Origin: Macrostomum lignano
Lineage: Eukaryota
Assembly (NCBI GenBank): GCA_002269645.1
Contig: NIVC01001082.1
Coordinates: 76,921 to 140,920, forward strand
Direction of reading: 5' to 3'
Length of the DNA stretch: 64,000 bases
The notes under the pieces were generated by a model. The model was not told the DNA's origin, searched no databases, and saw nothing but the letters and a program-made list of their open reading frames with translations. Of this stretch, positions 60,000 to 64,000 are shown in pieces. The first letter of the stretch is position 1. Each line of letters starts with the position of its first letter. The translations under genes and the position numbers were made by a program.

Positions 60000-61746
60000 G
60001 GGATGTTCCATAAGTACTTATACTTTTGCATGCTGCTCAGGAACTACGCAACCAATCATTGTAAGTTTTATGTCGGTGGAAAGCGGCTTTACTCATCTTT
60101 AATCTGTCGCAAAAATCATTTCGTTCTGTCAACTATGTCAAAAGTTACAACAAAAAACGTAGTCAAAGGTTACCATAGACTTACAAGAAATTTAAAGAGC
60201 AACAAATACAATGGCAAGCATGAAAACAGAGGCGAGTTTTTGATGACAGAAAGTTTGACTTCTTTGTCACTCATCCTCGGTCGGTACCGACACCTTCTCA
60301 ACGTAGTTTCCACCGGAGTTGATGCACTTGGTCCACCTGTTAAACATGCTTTTGATGGCTTCTGCGTACAGCTGTCGGGGGATGACATACAGCAGAATTC
60401 TGCGGACTTCCTCCTCGATCTGGTTCCTGGTCTCGTACACGCGTCCTTTCAGATGGCGCTTCAACTCTGGAAATAAAGCAAAGTCTGCTGGTGCCAGGTC
60501 TGGAGAGTAAGGAGGGTGAGGTAGAAGATGGAGCTTCAGCTTGCTGATTGCCTCAACTGTCTTTTGTGCTGTATGAGGCCTTGCATTGTCATGATGAAGA
60601 ATGAAAGGTCTGGGATTTTCACGACGCTTGTTCTGGATGTCATGATGCAGCTTTGTTAGCGTTTCAACGTAGCGCTCAGAGTTTATTGTAGTGTTTGGCT
60701 CCAAAAACTCGACAGTTAGAGGACCATTGCAGTCGAAAAACAGAGACAGCATGATCTTCTTTCCATGTGCGTCCCTTTGAGCTTTTACCGGAGGATCAGA
60801 GCCCTTCAGCATCCAGACCTGGGAATCACGTTTCGTTGGTGGATCAAAATGGGGAATCCAGGTTTCATCTCCAGTGACTATCATTCGATGGAAGAGATCC
60901 CAACCACCGTATTCTTCCATCATCCGAATATTGGCCTGACAAATCTGCTGCCTCTGCAGTCTCAAGTCCGAGGTGAGTAGGCGTGGCACCCAACGAGCAG
61001 TCAGCTTGACAAAGTCCATGCGCGACAAGCAGCGATGCACAGTTGTGCTCGGCGTGTCCAGTCTATCTGCAATCTGTCGAATCGTTAGCCGACAATCTTC
61101 GTCCAGCAGATCAAGAATTCGATCGGTGAGAGCATCAGAGCCTGATGTGCAGGGGCGGCCCGACCTCGGCAAATCAGCAACATTGGTCCTTCCTGCTTCG
61201 AACTGCTCAACCCAGTTGTAGACGGTCATCCTGCTCACCGCATTAGCTCCATGAATGTTGCATAAATCCGCATAAATCTCTGATCGCTTTTTTCCGAGTT
61301 TCCAGAGGGTAAAAATTGCAGCGCGCTGTCCTTCCCTTGAGTTCACATCCATGGTGATGCAGCAGCAGCCAAGGTGGTGAAACTTTACAAGATTAAGATG
61401 CTGTGATCTTAAGATTAAGATGCTGTGAAAGCTTAGGCCAGTATTTTCCATAGACGAAAAGGGTGTGGCATTCGCTTATGAAGCAAAAAAGAATGCATTA
61501 TGTAGAATCGGAAATAACTCTGCGTGCTGAACTTTGAAGTTTTGATTTTGAAAATTTCTTGTAAGTCTATGGGTGACCTTTGACTACGTTTTTTGTTGTA
61601 ACTTTTGACATAGTTGACAGAACGAAATGATTTTGGCGACAGATTAAAGATGAGTAAAGCCGCTTTCCACCGACATAAAACTTACAATGATTGGTTGCGT
61701 AGTTCCTGAGCAGCATGCAAAAGTATAAGTACTTATGGAACATCCC
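60000..61746 (-). mobile_element. Mariner DNA transposon with ~190-bp TIRs
   Basis: TIRs 60000-60193 and 61552-61746, nearly identical; intact transposase inside. Confidence 0.93.
60267..61352 (-). CDS. Mariner transposase, D,D34D (361 aa from MDVNSREG)
   Basis: HTH region, WVPRLL, TGDETW, HHDNARPH, YSPDLAPAD; 34 residues between the second and third Asp; no stops. Confidence 0.95.
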   Translation of the reverse strand: MDVNSREGQRAAIFTLWKLGKKRSEIYADLCNIHGANAVSRMTVYNWVEQFEAGRTNVADLPRSGRPCTSGSDALTDRILDLLDEDCRLTIRQIADRLDTPSTTVHRCLSRMDFVKLTARWVPRLLTSDLRLQRQQICQANIRMMEEYGGWDLFHRMIVTGDETWIPHFDPPTKRDSQVWMLKGSDPPVKAQRDAHGKKIMLSLFFDCNGPLTVEFLEPNTTINSERYVETLTKLHHDIQNKRRENPRPFILHHDNARPHTAQKTVEAISKLKLHLLPHPPYSPDLAPADFALFPELKRHLKGRVYETRNQIEEEVRRILLYVIPRQLYAEAIKSMFNRWTKCINSGGNYVEKVSVPTEDE

Positions 61747-61765
61747 TCAGCAGCTTCGTATATCG

Positions 61766-61960
61766 TATATGAAGGAGAAGGCATTCAAATTTCGAATTTA
61801 TGTAGCCTTTTGCTCTTTCTTTGAAAGCTTTATTTAAGTAAAGTAATTTAATAGACTTATCTAGGATTGCGTCATATAGCAATCGCAAATTAAATAATAA
61901 TGTAATCAATACAGAAATATTTACAATAGGCATTACAGAATGCCTTCTCCTTCACATATA
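61766..61960. mobile_element. Small TA-flanked MITE (~195 bp)
   Basis: TATATGAAGGAGAAGGCATTC / GAATGCCTTCTCCTTCACATATA inverted termini. Confidence 0.75.
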
Positions 61961-62680
61961 TACTTCTAATGAAAATCTGAAAAAATTAGGAAAGGGAAGG
62001 GCGACATGTAAGGCTACCCCACAAGCCTTTTGCTAGCCAAACAGTTTCGTGCTTTTTACTTAGCTAATAAGTAGGCTACAGTAGATTCAATTAGCTAGTA
62101 CTTGTCGGCTGGCAGTTGTTGGCTGGCAGATTTCTCGGCTGGCAGTTGTCGGCTGGCAGTTTTCCGGCTGGAAGTTTTCTCGGCTGGCAATTGTCGACTG
62201 GCAATTGTCGACTGGCAGTTGTCGGCTGGCAGTTGTCGGCTGGCAGTTGTCGACTGGCAGTTGTCGGCTGGCAGTTTTCCGGCTGGCAGTTGTCGGCTGG
62301 CAGTTGGGGTGCTCCCGTGTTCAACGCCAAAGGCTGGTTCGAATTCACAACGCCAGCAAAAAATCCCACAAAATCTCATCACTAGTTAGAAAAACTGGAC
62401 AAAATCGATGGCAATGTTGGCAAGCTTTGGAATTTAGGAGAGTAGTGTGGGTTTAAGATCCAGACTGATTAATCATTTTTATCACGTAGCCTAATTTTCC
62501 TATCTTAGAGCAAACACAATATACTAGAGTAATAACAGCTAAAGTCAGTGAATGGAGACATAGGTGATTTAAGGCAATAAAAGTGACAACTCATTTTAAT
62601 TTGGGTCCATACCTATGGCACTACAGCTAAAGCCATAAAATGTGGGGTTTCTCTAGCGTGGGGGGTTGTGTAGATGAGTT

Positions 62681-63048
62681 TTTTTTATTAGAGGCAGGGG
62701 GGTTGGTTGTGTGCACCCTGGCGCACTTTAAGAGACATAGGCACACAACCGGCGAGAGGCATTACTGCCCATTCCGCCGACTCCCCTGAGCAGGCATACA
62801 AGCGCGCGGATACGTACGCAGGCACACACTCACACAGGAGTGTACAGCGGCCCCAACTTTATATTATCGTTAGGCATGTACACTTCACTGCGCCTTGGGG
62901 GGTTGGCTCTCAAGGCCGTTAATTGCACGAGCAGAGCCAAGCCGAGATTCCAATTCAGCCCCAAATTGATGTGACTGCACTTGGAATCGAGCCTGGGTCG
63001 CTGGCACACCAGAGCAGCTGCGCTACCGCTGGGCTTCGGCCCCCCTTA
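62681..63048 (-). mobile_element. tRNA-derived SINE copy 2, full length
   Basis: 12-bp TSD TGTAGATGAGTT (62669-62680 / 63049-63060); AATAAA plus oligo(A) tail; A/B boxes; homologous to 35594-35945. Confidence 0.9.
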
Positions 63049-63370
63049 TGTAGATGAGTTGTTGCCCAACGCAAAAATCGATAATATTCACTTCACCCCC
63101 TCCTCACGCACAAGCGTCGATGCCAATTAGCTCGTAAACACTTACGAGGGTTTAGCGAAAACTTGTACGGGGTAAAGCCAAGCAAAAATCGATAACACGC
63201 TCACCCACCCCACTCCACTTAGGCGCTGGATGAAATGTTAGAAAGCTTAGAATGTTAAGCGAGTCTTAACGGTTAGAGCCTGAATCATTCAACTTCCAAC
63301 TAAAAAAATCGATAAGATATTCACCCATTTTAGAAAGGGGTTTAGAGAACCATGCATTTGTTTTAACGAA

Positions 63371-63999
63371 TATACTCAGCAACAGTCAAAAGTTCCACTC
63401 TCCAAGCGAGATGAAAATTTTCTTACTTATTGCGACAACTTCTCACTCATCACAATTCAACCCTGAAGTTACGAAACTAAGCAGCCGCGAGGAAAGGAAA
63501 GTTGATCGAATCTAACGTCAGTCGCACAAAATCATAAGTTTATTTTTTATGCAATATAAGCAGTTAGAATCGCAATACTTACTAACGCGTGTGGGATCCC
63601 TTCGCACGCAGAAGTGCGGCGCCGGCGACTCTGCGCGGCATCCCAGGATGAGGCGCGCAGAAAGTCCGGGGGAAGCTGCTGCCAAGCGGTTTCAATGGCA
63701 TGACGCAGCTCCGCAACATTCTGTGGTGGATTCTCTTTCGAATGCTGCGTTTTGGAAAGTCTCACGAGACATGCTCGATGGGATTCATGTCTGGGGACCG
63801 GGAAGGCCAGCGCAGAGTGCTCAGCTGTAGCTGTTCTTTTAGTTGACTAACAGCATCGGCTCGGTGTGGTGGTGCGTTATTGTTATCCTGGTCAATTCAA
63901 GTGGCAATAAGACTCGCGCGTGCCGTAAGTTGCGTCACTCGAAAAGTGAGAAAATTCATCTCGCTTAGAGGGTGGAACTTTTGACTGTTGCTGAGTATA
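63371..63999 (-). mobile_element. Internally deleted Tc1-like element
   Basis: TIR TATACTCAGCAACAGTCAAAAGTTCCAC at both ends; relic WPSRSPDMNPIEH..NVAELRHAIETAWQQLP (Tc1 C-terminus, frameshifted). Confidence 0.87.
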
Positions 64000-64000
64000 A

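Larger units (their letters stand above)
59430..62316. mobile_element. Foldback (MULE/FB-like) element 2
   Basis: Inverted arms 59430-59988 and 61961-62316 (14-bp AACTGCCAGCCGAC units plus ~140-bp unique segment); GGG..CCC termini; degenerate 9-bp TSD CCCTTCAAC / GTGTTCAAC. Confidence 0.85.

Noticed and set aside
63070-63330. Three AAAAATCGATAA-containing imperfect repeats
   Set aside because: Too short and degenerate to classify; probably a repeat fragment.

Overview
Repeat-rich animal genomic DNA with spliceosomal introns, GC-rich polyQ/polyG exons and minisatellite-filled introns. The style resembles the flatworm Macrostomum; this is inference only. Host genes: intronless secreted C-type lectin/PAN protein (+), an unknown coiled-coil gene with a 1-nt frameshift (-), lin54 (-), GGNBP2 (+, 6 exons), DCN1-like/DCUN1D3 (-, GC-AG intron), a MINDY4-like deubiquitinase that has lost its catalytic Cys and His (+, 9 exons) and an Inturned-like gene (+). 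Mobile DNA: the 5' part of a Mag-like Ty3/gypsy element with a 158-bp LTR, an intact D,D34D mariner with ~190-bp TIRs at the axis of a foldback palindrome, a second foldback element, hAT/PIF/Tc1 MITEs, two tRNA-derived SINEs, and Penelope, mariner and THAP relics. Top observation: six dispersed copies of a ~65-nt piece of 28S rRNA (helix 69 region, the R2/I-PpoI target). Three lie inside an 8-bp-TSD hAT-type MITE and three lie TIR-less, in sense orientation, next to splice sites of host introns. All exon structures and homologies were read by eye and need alignment or RNA-seq confirmation.
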